From assembly GCA_034530875.2 (NCBI GenBank), contig JAVRCJ020000060.1:1-32517 (forward strand): a DNA stretch of 32,517 nucleotides. The letters run 5' to 3'. How positions within the stretch are numbered: position 1 is the first letter of the stretch; each line of letters opens with the position of its first letter. Below, piece by piece: positions 19,948 to 29,476 of this stretch. Origin of the DNA: Nostoc sp. DedSLP01 (GTDB lineage: Bacteria > Cyanobacteriota > Cyanobacteriia > Cyanobacteriales > Nostocaceae). The notes beneath the pieces are model-generated. The model was not told the DNA's origin. It searched no databases and saw only the letters and a program-made list of their open reading frames with translations. Position numbers and translations under genes: made by a program.

Positions 19948-20193
19948 TTACATCTTACCGTGTTGCAGCACTTCTTGTAGATGGTGACGAATTTCTCTTG
20001 CTTGCTCAATATCAGATTGCCGCAATTTTTGGAACAATTCTACACATGGCTGGGAACCTACTTCTTGTGCATCTTTAATGTAAGTATCGTAAGCCTTAAC
20101 AGCTTCAGCCTTGTTATGCAACACAGTGACAAAATCGTATTCTAAGTTGCTAATTGGTTCTTGAGATTGTCCGTTACCTGTATTTTCAGCCAT
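19948..20193 (-). CDS. Conserved small helical protein (ferritin-like hairpin)
   Basis: 81 aa, NLEYDFVTVLHNKAEA..AYDTYIKDAQ...C.ELF; GAGG upstream. Confidence 0.7.
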   Translation of the reverse strand: MAENTGNGQSQEPISNLEYDFVTVLHNKAEAVKAYDTYIKDAQEVGSQPCVELFQKLRQSDIEQAREIRHHLQEVLQHGKM

Positions 20194-20383
20194 TGTTGAA
20201 GCCTCTTTCTAGGATTTCTAATTAACTTTATACTCACCCTAAAAGAGGGATTCATCTCCCAAAAAGAGTATAGTTGAATACGTCGGAAGTACGTTATCAG
20301 CCTATCTTATAGTCATTAGTCATTAGTTTTTTCTTCCCCTGCTCCCCATCTCCCCACTCCCCACTCCCTCTTTTCATAAAAAT

Positions 20384-20932
20384 TTACCCAAGAGGTTCAT
20401 TTTCTTCACATTGACGTGAATACTGGAATTGCAGATCCTTTTGTCTTTCTCTACCTCCCTTATAGACAATAGGACACAACTTCGTGTTAGCACTTATACA
20501 ATCCATGTGTGGCGTTTTAGCACAGACTACTAGTAAGCAACCCAGAATAAACAATAAACCACAAATTGCAGCTGTCTGAAAGGAAGAAATCTCTAGTACT
20601 CCGTGGACTACTACTTCTCGCAGAACAGAGACAATTGTTACCTCAACTGCTACTCCTACAGAAATACTATGTTCTTGCAAATAGACCATTAATAGTCGAA
20701 ATAACTCGACTAAAATCAACACAAATAGTATCTTTGCAGTTACATGTTTATAGTCTAGTGGCTGTGTGAGGGCAATACCTATTCCCCACAATTGGATTAG
20801 CATAACGGCGAACAATCCAAGACACAAGACAATCACAATTAAGTCTTGGAAAGCCTCCATATTGCGAACGATTGAGTGGCGATCTAGCCAGCGATCGCAA
20901 AATAAAAATCGACTCTTCAGGCGCTTTTGCAT
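20384..20932 (-). CDS. Phosphate-starvation-inducible PsiE family membrane protein
   Basis: Four TM segments with LFVLILVELFRLL..YL and EV.IVSVLREVV. Confidence 0.8.
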   Translation of the reverse strand: MQKRLKSRFLFCDRWLDRHSIVRNMEAFQDLIVIVLCLGLFAVMLIQLWGIGIALTQPLDYKHVTAKILFVLILVELFRLLMVYLQEHSISVGVAVEVTIVSVLREVVVHGVLEISSFQTAAICGLLFILGCLLVVCAKTPHMDCISANTKLCPIVYKGGRERQKDLQFQYSRQCEENEPLG

Positions 20933-21023
20933 TACGTTTCATTCCAGTCAGGACAAGTTCAGACAACACCAGCGAACCAACTCAATAATTTTATGTTACG
21001 CAATATTAAATTTTTGTGCCTCA

Positions 21024-21097
21024 GAGGATGTTTGAAAAGTTTTAGAGAATAAAAATTCAAGCAAGTCGCCTCACCATAATACGGATCGTGGCAAAGT
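21024..21097 (-). mobile_element. IS5-family (IS1031-like) right-end remnant
   Basis: Minus strand encodes ..FATIRIMVRRLA* (stop 21057-21059), resembling the cyanobacterial IS5 transposase C-terminus. It is followed by a terminal IR-like GAGGATGTTTGAAAAGT (21024-21040) next to TCA. Confidence 0.75.
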
Positions 21098-21438
21098 TGA
21101 TAGCGATCGCCTGAATCAGAAGGTTACGATAAGGTAATATCCGGGCAATGAAGCCCCCAAAACCGCCAATTTTATCTTCTGATTGCTCATAGAAGCGGCT
21201 ATCATCTGGCATCTAATTTCTTTAGTAGATCTGGAGTGGCTTGGACTTGACGAGCATGAAATCCTAGAGTTTCTGCTCCTCGTCTTAAACCTAGTAGCGT
21301 GGTTCCCCGCGAACCTGTGCCGACTGCTTCTCGCACGCGGTTGAGGGCAAAGGTGCGTCCGTAGTATTTGGCAACTGTCGCTAGACTTGCAGCACCACAT
21401 TCTTCCTGACTGTGTTGCTGTACGCTGTAGTATTTCAT
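21098..21438 (-). pseudogene. C39 peptidase-containing ABC exporter (PCAT), truncated pseudogene
   Basis: MKYYSVQQHSQEECGAASLATVAKYYG..REAVGT..GTTLLGL..GAETLGF.AR is a C39 N-terminus, stopping at 21202. Another frame continues PDDSRFYEQSEDKIGGFGGFIARILPYRNLLIQAIAIN (linker and start of TM1) and then joins the IS remnant. Confidence 0.85.
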
Positions 21439-21498
21439 AGTTAAATTACTGAACTTTTTGATGCCGTAGAGGCAACACAGATTAATACGAATATTCAA

Positions 21499-21527
21499 CT
21501 GCCTCAGAATATAGATTTCTGAGGCAG
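21499..21527. terminator. Hairpin CTGCCTCAGAA-N7-TTCTGAGGCAG
   Basis: Perfect 11-bp stem. Confidence 0.6.
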
Positions 21528-21575
21528 CTTTGAACTCTAGACAAAAATCACCAGATAAGGTTATAGGGAAGTCAA

Positions 21576-21688
21576 AACCTTCTAATTTTTAATTGGTAGC
21601 AGTGACATGATTTTATTCATTTGATTTAGTAATCCTAATTTGTTAATATCCTTTCTTGTGCATAAATTCATTGTCCTGACACTTACAC
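21576..21688 (-). promoter_or_regulatory. Copy A of a duplicated ~100-bp non-coding block, upstream of the PCAT pseudogene
   Basis: Aligns with 22569-22670 apart from a ~12-bp insertion and scattered substitutions. Confidence 0.6.
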
Positions 21689-21825
21689 GACAATGCCTTT
21701 GAGGCAATATAGGCGATTAAGTAATATAAAGTTCGTATTATGGGTAGCAAAAACTCATACTCCACCTGCGGTATCTCTGTTGCCAGTTAGAGAGGGGATA
21801 AGGGAAGTTTTAACAGAGGTCTGAG

Positions 21826-21876
21826 ATAGTAAAATGCCTCACAAATGGATGACTAGTCTGAGGCTATTTTACTATC
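21826..21876. terminator. Long hairpin downstream of the crystallin gene
   Basis: GATAGTAAAAT-GCCTCA...TGAGGC-TATTTTACTATC. Confidence 0.6.
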
Positions 21877-21999
21877 TAACCAAACTTCCTAGAACGGATG
21901 CACAGAAGTCAAATCTATGATATGCGTCCGAGAGAACTAATCCAGTCGTTTGGAATACCATAATTAGCAACAAACGAGTATCGTCCTGCTCCCAAAGTT

Positions 22000-22347
22000 T
22001 TATACGGACCTGATTGACGAAAAGACATCGTTTGTGTTTGGTGCGAATGACGCGTATTCACCTGGGTCTAATGTCAAAACCCTACCAGAATAGTTGGCAT
22101 CTGTCCAAAACTCCCATCGACCGGAGTAGACTTTAACTGACGATATTTTATCGTTCCAAAAATTACCGACGTAAGACAAATCAGTAGTAACGAGACCTGA
22201 GGTAGTTTTTCCAAAGTTTACATCTTCAAAAAATTCTATTGCTGCTCCACCCTGAATAGCAGCACCCTGCTCAGATGTCAGATATTGAAAAAGTGGACTA
22301 AGTTCAATGTTGTTCATACTTGGTCCGTGGTTGTTGATGTTAGACAT
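22000..22347 (-). CDS. Double-glycine leader peptide fused to a beta/gamma-crystallin domain
   Basis: AGGAG RBS 7 nt upstream. Residues 1-34 end LFQYLTSEQGAAIQGG. The 81-aa remainder has two Greek-key motifs (FEDVNFG..WNDKISS and WTDANYSG..TNDVFSS). Confidence 0.88.
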   Translation of the reverse strand: MSNINNHGPSMNNIELSPLFQYLTSEQGAAIQGGAAIEFFEDVNFGKTTSGLVTTDLSYVGNFWNDKISSVKVYSGRWEFWTDANYSGRVLTLDPGEYASFAPNTNDVFSSIRSV

Positions 22348-22568
22348 TGTTTTTCTCCTGAGTTTCAGATTGTGTTTGAACTTAAGGTAATCGCTGGTTT
22401 GCCTTGACTCTAATTCTTAATTGATAGCAGTGATTAAATTTTATTCACTGTTGTGAATCAGGCGTTTTTAGCTTTACCTTCAGAAGAATAACTTCAATCA
22501 ACTAAGAAAGCATTACCATGAACGGAAACTACATTTCCAATTTTGGAAAGAGTTGTTTCCGGCTTGCT

Positions 22569-22670
22569 AACCTTACTAATTCTTAATTGGTAGCGGTGAC
22601 ATAATTTTAAGTAATGCCAGTTTGGTAATATCCTCTCTTGTGCATAAGTTGATTGTGCTGACACTTATAC
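22569..22670 (-). promoter_or_regulatory. Copy B of the duplicated block (a third short core copy is at 22410-22433)
   Basis: Shared core CTAATTYTTAATTGRTAGCRGTGA in all three copies. Confidence 0.6.
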
Positions 22671-22704
22671 CAAGATTGATACTTCTAAGCGAAATTTCCT
22701 TTTC

Positions 22705-22810
22705 TATAGCGATTCTCATTTGAATAAGATACATGGGTAGTGGCTTTACAGCTGTAAAGCCCCTACGAAAATCTATTTTTCTGTACCTCACCCATGCGGG
22801 AACTGCTATA
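22705..22810. mobile_element. MITE-like element with TATAGC...GCTATA ends and an internal GTAG-type REP palindrome
   Basis: Ends tatagcgattctcat / atgcgggaactgctata; core GTAGTGGCTTTACAGCTGTAAAGCCCCTAC. Confidence 0.65.
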
Positions 22811-22952
22811 TATGAGAGTGCAATGTCTTTTAGAACTGCTAATGCCCGCGATCCTGTTTCCTTCAATAAACAAATTTGGCATGAGAAGAGGAAAAAGGGA
22901 CAAGGCAATAGGAAGAATAACCAATGATTAATGACTAATGACTAGTAACTAT

Positions 22953-23888
22953 TTATCGATTTAAATTTTGTGCTTGTTGCAACAATTGTTCGGCATTTTT
23001 TGCCCATTGAGGATTACCCTGACTATTAAATAAATCTCTGGCAAATTGTAATACTTGTACTGCATCTCTATATTGTTGTAACTGCATAAAAGCTAACCCA
23101 GCGCCATAATAAGCGTTGGGATAGTTAGAGTTAGCTTCGGCTGATTTTCTAAAAGCCTCTAACGCTTCTTTATATTTGCGTTGATTAAACAAAATTGAAC
23201 CAATATTATAATAAGCTTCTGGATATTTGGGGTTAATTCTTACCGCTTGATTAAAGGAATCTCTAGCTCGATCGCTTTGACCTTGCTGGAGATAACACAT
23301 CCCAATATGATAATGAGGTTCTGGTGCATTTTTGCTATATTCAATGGCTTTTTTAAAAGATGCGATCGCTCGGTCGCAATCTCGTTGCTGTTCTCGCAGC
23401 AACCCCAAATTATAATGAGCAAATCCGAGTTTGGGATCGAGTTCTAGGGCACGTAGCAAGTAATCGTTAGCTAACTCGAAATTCTTGCCTTCTAACAAAG
23501 TACCGCCTAAATTAGCAAAAGCTGGAGCAAACTTAGGATCTGCTTGCGTAGCTCGATAAAATGCATCCGCAGACGGCTGTAATTGTCCTATTTGCCGTAA
23601 TGCTAGCCCTAAGTTATAGTGAGCTGCTGCTAATGTGGGATCTAATTGAGTTGCTTGTTTAAAAGCAGCGATCGCATCTTGCACTCTTCCCGCCTGAATT
23701 GCTTGTAAGCCTTGGTTTAAAGAGTCTATCGCCGCTTGACTATTAGATTGTGCCAGCACGCGCACACGAGATGAGGAGAATGTACCTTTAGCTTGCCGCA
23801 GCGCGGGAAATGCGGGAGAGGCGAGGCTACCCACTAATATCAAACTTACTAGAGTTGCTATGCGATATTTATATAGTAATAATCTCAT
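22953..23888 (-). CDS. Tetratricopeptide repeat protein with an N-terminal signal peptide
   Basis: About 7 TPRs (AHYNLG..A....P); hydrophobic N-terminus. Confidence 0.9.
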   Translation of the reverse strand: MRLLLYKYRIATLVSLILVGSLASPAFPALRQAKGTFSSSRVRVLAQSNSQAAIDSLNQGLQAIQAGRVQDAIAAFKQATQLDPTLAAAHYNLGLALRQIGQLQPSADAFYRATQADPKFAPAFANLGGTLLEGKNFELANDYLLRALELDPKLGFAHYNLGLLREQQRDCDRAIASFKKAIEYSKNAPEPHYHIGMCYLQQGQSDRARDSFNQAVRINPKYPEAYYNIGSILFNQRKYKEALEAFRKSAEANSNYPNAYYGAGLAFMQLQQYRDAVQVLQFARDLFNSQGNPQWAKNAEQLLQQAQNLNR

Positions 23889-24168
23889 GGATTTTCTAAA
23901 TCACGACAATTGCAGTTAGTTTACTTAACAAAAAGTTTGGGGAATACTGAAGTTTTTTACAAAACTTGTCGATTGAGTATTAAACTTTGTTTACCTTAAC
24001 TTTTCTTAAGCTAAATCTTACGACACGCTACAATTTTTTTAACTATCGATTAAACAGAGGATAATAACAAATTAAAGAAGGGGTAATTTTGACTCCAGAG
24101 AACCATTTTTTATCCCTGATATACATAGCGTAATGCGGTTGTGAATGAATTACCGCAAGGGAGGTTTT

Positions 24169-26223
24169 ATGAACGAAAAAGTAAAATCGGGTTCGCGGAA
24201 TGTTGCAATTGTAGGGCCTTATTTAAGTGGAAAAACAACTTTACTAGAAAGTTTGTTATTTGTCACAGGAGCGATTTCTCGCAAAGGAAATATTAAAGAC
24301 AGCAATACAGTCGGAGATAGTGCTGCCGAGTCGCGCGATCGCCACATGAGTGTAGAAGTCAGCGCTGCTAGCACTGAGTATAACGGTACTCGTTTCACTT
24401 TTGTTGACTGTCCCGGAAGTGTAGAATTTGCCCAAGAGACATACAACGCTTTAATAGGAGTCGATGCCGCAATTGTAGTTTGCGAACCGATACGCGATCG
24501 CGTCCTCACCCTCGCCCCTCTATTTAAATTCCTCGACGATTGGGAAATTCCCCATATAGTCTTCGTCAACAAAATGGATCGGGCAAACATTCATGTTTTA
24601 GAAACATTACACGCCCTCAAAGCAGTTTCCAGCCGTCCCCTAGTAGCGCATCAATATCCCATCATGCAAGGGGAACAACTCACCGGCTTTATCGATATGG
24701 TGAGCGAACAAGCATATCAATATCATCCCGGCGCACCCGCAGACCCCATCCCTTTCCCTGAAAATTTAAAAGAAGAAGAACATATCGCACGGGCAGAAAT
24801 GCTCGAAGCATTAGCAAATTTTGACGACCATTTACTCGAAGAACTTTTAGAAGATATAGAACCGCCCCAAGAAGAAATCCTCAAAGATTTAAAAATGGAA
24901 TTAGGGGCAGATTTAGTAGTCCCGGTTTTCTTTGGTGTAGCAGAACAAGATTATGGTGTCAGACCTCTCATAGAAGCTTTGTTACGGGAAGCCCCCGAAC
25001 CAGAAACCACAGCAGAACGCCGCCTCCAAAATCTCAAAGGCAATGCTCCCCTAGCCCAGGTACTCAAAACTTACTACACTCCCCAAGGTGGCAAACTCTC
25101 CCTGGTGCGGGTTTGGCGGGGCAAATTAACCGATGGTCTTGTCCTCAATGGCGTTCGCACCGGTGGAATTTATCGCCTCATGGGACAACAACAGCAATCA
25201 GTTAATGAAGTTGGTGCTGGCGAAATAGTTGCCTTGAGCCGTTTGGAAGGAGTTAAGACTGGGGATACAGTCTCCACAGAACAATCGTCAGCGATACAAT
25301 TACCCAAAGCCGAACAGTTAGAACCTGTGTATGCCCTCGCCATTACACCAGAAAAGCGCAACGATGAAGTTAAACTCAGCGCCGCCATTACTAAGCTATT
25401 AGAAGAAGACTGTTCGCTGGCTTGGGAACAACACGGCGACACCCACGAAGTTATCCTCTGGGGTCAAGGCGAAATTCATCTGCAAGTCGCCTTAGATAGA
25501 CTGCGCCGCAAATATAACTTGCCGATGACAACCCACTTACCGCAAGTGCCTTACAAAGAAACCATCCGCAAACCAGTGGCTTCAGTTCACGGGCGGTACA
25601 AACACCAAAGCGGCGGTCACGGTCAATTTGGTGATGTTTTCCTAGATATCAAACCCCTACCACGCGGCGAAGGATTTAACTTTAATGAAACCATCGTCGG
25701 CGGTGTCGTTCCGAGACAATACATCCCCGGCGTAGAAATGGGCGTGCGGGAATTTCTGACACACGGGCCTTTAGGCTTCCCCGTGGTGGATGTTGCGGTA
25801 ACTTTGACCAACGGTTCTTACCACAGCGTTGATAGTTCCGAACAAGCCTTTAAGCAAGCCGCCCGTTTAGCCATGCAAACGGGGATACCCCAAGCACAAC
25901 CCACCTTATTAGAACCGATTTTGCGAGTAGAAGTGACAACACCGAGCGAATTTACCTCTAAAGTGTTGCAACTGCTGAGTGGTAGACGGGGACAAATTTT
26001 AGGCTACGAGGGCAAAAACGATTGGCAAGGCTGGGATAATGTAGTGGCATACTTGCCACAAGCAGAGATGCAAAACTTTATTGTAGAGTTGCGATCGCTC
26101 ACCTTAGGCGTTGGTTCCTTCCACTGGGAGTATGACCATTTACAAGAAGTTCCGGAAAAACTCGCCGAACGTGTTATAGCTGGCAATGGCAACGGTGGTA
26201 ACGGCAACGGCAACGGCAAGTAA
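24169..26223 (+). CDS. Elongation factor G paralog (EF-G2-like)
   Basis: GGAGG then ATG 24169; G1 GPYLSGKTT, DCPG, NKMD, GEIHL, VPYKETI, HQSGGHGQFG, GSYHSVDSSE..F and LLEPI. Confidence 0.92.
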   Translation: MNEKVKSGSRNVAIVGPYLSGKTTLLESLLFVTGAISRKGNIKDSNTVGDSAAESRDRHMSVEVSAASTEYNGTRFTFVDCPGSVEFAQETYNALIGVDAAIVVCEPIRDRVLTLAPLFKFLDDWEIPHIVFVNKMDRANIHVLETLHALKAVSSRPLVAHQYPIMQGEQLTGFIDMVSEQAYQYHPGAPADPIPFPENLKEEEHIARAEMLEALANFDDHLLEELLEDIEPPQEEILKDLKMELGADLVVPVFFGVAEQDYGVRPLIEALLREAPEPETTAERRLQNLKGNAPLAQVLKTYYTPQGGKLSLVRVWRGKLTDGLVLNGVRTGGIYRLMGQQQQSVNEVGAGEIVALSRLEGVKTGDTVSTEQSSAIQLPKAEQLEPVYALAITPEKRNDEVKLSAAITKLLEEDCSLAWEQHGDTHEVILWGQGEIHLQVALDRLRRKYNLPMTTHLPQVPYKETIRKPVASVHGRYKHQSGGHGQFGDVFLDIKPLPRGEGFNFNETIVGGVVPRQYIPGVEMGVREFLTHGPLGFPVVDVAVTLTNGSYHSVDSSEQAFKQAARLAMQTGIPQAQPTLLEPILRVEVTTPSEFTSKVLQLLSGRRGQILGYEGKNDWQGWDNVVAYLPQAEMQNFIVELRSLTLGVGSFHWEYDHLQEVPEKLAERVIAGNGNGGNGNGNGK

Positions 26224-26255
26224 TTTTGGATTTTAGATTAATCTAAAATCAACCA

Positions 26256-26282
26256 TAGCCCGAAACTAAAAGTTTCGGGCTA
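26256..26282. terminator. Hairpin after the EF-G paralog
   Basis: TAGCCCGAAACT-AAA-AGTTTCGGGCTA, perfect 12-bp stem. Confidence 0.65.
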
Positions 26283-26392
26283 ATAAGTTTAGTCTATATC
26301 CTTCAAGAGCCTGCCTTAACAGCTAAATTTCCTTAACTGAACCATATTGCGAACACTAGAATGATTGAAAGTACTATATTGGCTGCCAGGGA

Positions 26393-29386
26393 ATGTTTTG
26401 GAAATGGAGCTTTAGGTTATTCATTGTATGCTTGGGGCTGTGGCTACTGCTGGATTTAGTTTCCCGGTTGGGAGCAGAAATTTTTTGGTTTCACGAAGTT
26501 GGCTACCTAGAAGTATTTGTGGTGAGGCTAGTAACTCGTGGTACTTTGTGGGTAGTGGTAGCTAGTATCAGTGCTGCCTATTTACTGGGAAACCTGACTC
26601 TTGCACAACGGCTGAAGTATTCCAAGTCTTTAAAGATTGAGGAAGTTGGACTAAAGAGTGAATTCAAAAACTTTCTCAGTTTTGATTATGCAAGAGGCGA
26701 TCGCATTTTGACACCTGAGCCACAAAGTCTCAGACCATTAAAATTACGTTGGCTGTTACCCTTAGCTTTGATACTAAGTTTATTAACAGGGTTAATGCTA
26801 GCTCACTACGGTCAAATTGCTGTTTCCTACTGGCATTCTCCAGTGAAAACGGCTGGTTTACCCGTTCCTACCTTATTTCGACCAGAGAAGATATGGCAAC
26901 TTTTAAACCAGATTGTCTCTCAAATTTGGCAGTTTGGCTTAATTGTTGGGGGAGCGATCGCTATTTTAATTTATCCAGGATTTTTACTCACAGCGATCGC
27001 AATTGTTTTCAGTGGGATTTTTGGGTCGATACTATTCCAAAACTGGGCAAAGGTACTGCAATATTTTCAGCCTACTCCTTTCAACAGCACTGACCCTTTG
27101 TTTGGTAAGGATATCAGCTTCTACATATTTTCCTTACCCTTGTGGCAACTGCTGGAACTCTGGCTGATGGGATTATTTTTGTATGGTTTTGTCGCCGTTG
27201 CTTTGACTTATCTGTTATCAGCAAACAGTTTGAGTCAAGGAATTTTCCCTGGTTTTTCCTCCCAGCAGCAGCGTCATTTATACGGTACGGGTGGCTTGTT
27301 AATGCTCTTGGTAGCTTTGAGTTACTGGCTGAGTCGCTATGAACTGGTGTATTCTACCCGTGGAGTTAGTTATGGTGCTAGCTACACAGATGTTACAGTC
27401 CAGTTGCCAACTTACACCGTTTTATGCGTTGTGGCTCTTGCCATCGCAATTTACTTACTGTGGCGGACGTTATTCTGGAGGCATAAATCTCCGTATCGCC
27501 GCTTGGTGTTTTACGGATTAGGCGTTTATTTACTATTAGTTCCAGCCGCTGACGTTGTTTTGCCTACTGTGGTGCAAAATTTAATTGTCGAACCGAATGA
27601 ATTGCAAAGAGAGCAACCCTATATTCAGCGTACTATTGCCTTAACTCGCCAAGCATTTGATTTAGAGGCGATCGATGCAAGAACCTTCAACCCCCAAGGA
27701 AGATTAACTGAAGCTGATATTCAAAAAAATGACTTGACAATTCGCAATATCCGGCTTTGGGATGAGCGACCGCTGTTAGAAACCAATCGTCAATTGCAAC
27801 AAATTCGCCCATACTATCGGTTTCCTGATGCCGATATCGATCGCTATACTTTGAAAACAGAGGTAAGTTCAGATCGACCATCTAATCCCGAACCAGCCGC
27901 GAAACAAAAATTAGTTGAAGTAGCAGAACGCCGTCAGGTACTAATTGCTGGACGAGAATTAGACTACGTTGCTGTACCGCACCAAGCTCAAACCTGGGTT
28001 AACCGCCATTTAATTTATACCCACGGTTTTGGGTTTACTGTCAGTCCAGTGAATACAGTAGGGCCCGGCGGGCTACCAGAATATTTTGTCAAAGATATTA
28101 GCGGTGATAGTAGTGCCTTGACAACTTCCAGTCAAGGGATTCGTGACAGTATTCCCATTGGAAACCCCCGAATTTATTACGGTGAAATTACTAATAACTA
28201 TGTAATGACTGGCACGAGAGTTCGGGAATTAGATTATCCCAGCGGTAGCGACAATATTTATAACTCTTACGATGGACAGGGTGGCATTAAAATTGGTTCG
28301 GTATGGCGTCGCTGGCTGTTTGCTATGTATTTGAAAGATTGGCAGATGGTCTTGACGCGGGACTTTTTGCCAGACACAAAAGTACTATTCCGGCGGAATA
28401 TCAAGCAAAGAATTGAAGCGATCGCACCTTTTTTACAATTTGACAGCGACCCTTATCTTGTGAGTGCTGATGCAAACGCTAACAATAGCAATCCAGAATA
28501 CCCAAACGGTAAGAGTTATCTTTACTGGATTGTGGATGCCTACACCACAAGCGATCGCTATCCTTACTCAGACGCTGATAGCAACGGTATTAATTATATC
28601 CGTAACTCTGTAAAGGTAGTGGTTGATGCCTACCACGGTATCGTTAACTTTTATATTGCCGATCGAAACGATCCGTTGATTGCCACTTGGTCAAGGATAT
28701 TTCCCAATACCTTTAAACCCTTCAGTGCCATGCCCCTTGCTCTCCGCAATCATATCCGCTATCCTGAGGACTTCTTCAAAATTCAATCGGAACGGTTAAT
28801 GACGTACCACATGACCGACCCCCAGGTATTTTACAACCGCGAAGACCAGTGGCAGATTCCTAACGAAATTTATGGTAGCGAAGCCCGCCCGGTAGAGCCG
28901 TATTATTTGATTACTAGCCTACCCACAGTACCCTTTGAAGAATTTATTTTATTTTTGCCTTATACTCCCAAACAGCGGACTAATTTAATCGCTTGGTTGG
29001 CAGCGCGATCGGATAGCGTTAATTACGGTAAGTTATTGTTATATATCTTTCCTAAAGAAAGATTGGTCTACGGCCCAGAGCAAATTGAAGCGCGAATTAA
29101 CCAAGACCCAGTAATTTCGCAGCAAATTTCCCTATGGAATCGTCAAGGTTCGAGAGCCATTCAAGGAAATTTACTAGTAATTCCCATCGAACAATCGCTA
29201 CTGTACGTCGAGCCAATTTATCTAGAAGCAACACAAAATAGCTTGCCAACTTTGGTACGAGTAGTTGTGGCTTACGAAAACCGGATTGTGATGGCGCAGA
29301 CATTAGAGCAAGCATTACAAGCAATCTTTCAACCAGAAGTCACACCACCTGCTGCAATTGTCCGTCCAGTGGAAGAAGAGCAATGA
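26393..29386 (+). CDS. UPF0182 family membrane protein
   Basis: [54 protein letters not shown] and [18 protein letters not shown]. Confidence 0.93.
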   Translation: MFWKWSFRLFIVCLGLWLLLDLVSRLGAEIFWFHEVGYLEVFVVRLVTRGTLWVVVASISAAYLLGNLTLAQRLKYSKSLKIEEVGLKSEFKNFLSFDYARGDRILTPEPQSLRPLKLRWLLPLALILSLLTGLMLAHYGQIAVSYWHSPVKTAGLPVPTLFRPEKIWQLLNQIVSQIWQFGLIVGGAIAILIYPGFLLTAIAIVFSGIFGSILFQNWAKVLQYFQPTPFNSTDPLFGKDISFYIFSLPLWQLLELWLMGLFLYGFVAVALTYLLSANSLSQGIFPGFSSQQQRHLYGTGGLLMLLVALSYWLSRYELVYSTRGVSYGASYTDVTVQLPTYTVLCVVALAIAIYLLWRTLFWRHKSPYRRLVFYGLGVYLLLVPAADVVLPTVVQNLIVEPNELQREQPYIQRTIALTRQAFDLEAIDARTFNPQGRLTEADIQKNDLTIRNIRLWDERPLLETNRQLQQIRPYYRFPDADIDRYTLKTEVSSDRPSNPEPAAKQKLVEVAERRQVLIAGRELDYVAVPHQAQTWVNRHLIYTHGFGFTVSPVNTVGPGGLPEYFVKDISGDSSALTTSSQGIRDSIPIGNPRIYYGEITNNYVMTGTRVRELDYPSGSDNIYNSYDGQGGIKIGSVWRRWLFAMYLKDWQMVLTRDFLPDTKVLFRRNIKQRIEAIAPFLQFDSDPYLVSADANANNSNPEYPNGKSYLYWIVDAYTTSDRYPYSDADSNGINYIRNSVKVVVDAYHGIVNFYIADRNDPLIATWSRIFPNTFKPFSAMPLALRNHIRYPEDFFKIQSERLMTYHMTDPQVFYNREDQWQIPNEIYGSEARPVEPYYLITSLPTVPFEEFILFLPYTPKQRTNLIAWLAARSDSVNYGKLLLYIFPKERLVYGPEQIEARINQDPVISQQISLWNRQGSRAIQGNLLVIPIEQSLLYVEPIYLEATQNSLPTLVRVVVAYENRIVMAQTLEQALQAIFQPEVTPPAAIVRPVEEEQ

Positions 29387-29476
29387 GAAGGGGAAGGGGG
29401 AAGGGGAAAGGGAAAAGGGGAAAAACTTACTCTAACTTCTCCTCTGCTCCCCTGCTCCTCTGCCCCCTGCCTCAAA

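Noticed and set aside
20268..20281. NtcA-like box GTA-N8-TAC upstream of the 81-aa gene
   Set aside because: There is no TAN3T at the canonical 22-23 nt spacing, and the 6-bp pattern occurs often by chance.
21116..21400. 94-aa minus-strand ORF
   Set aside because: It is an alternate frame of the PCAT pseudogene.
22576..22927. ORFs 22576..22908 (-) and 22733..22927 (+)
   Set aside because: They span the MITE/REP and the duplicated block and have no protein-like features.
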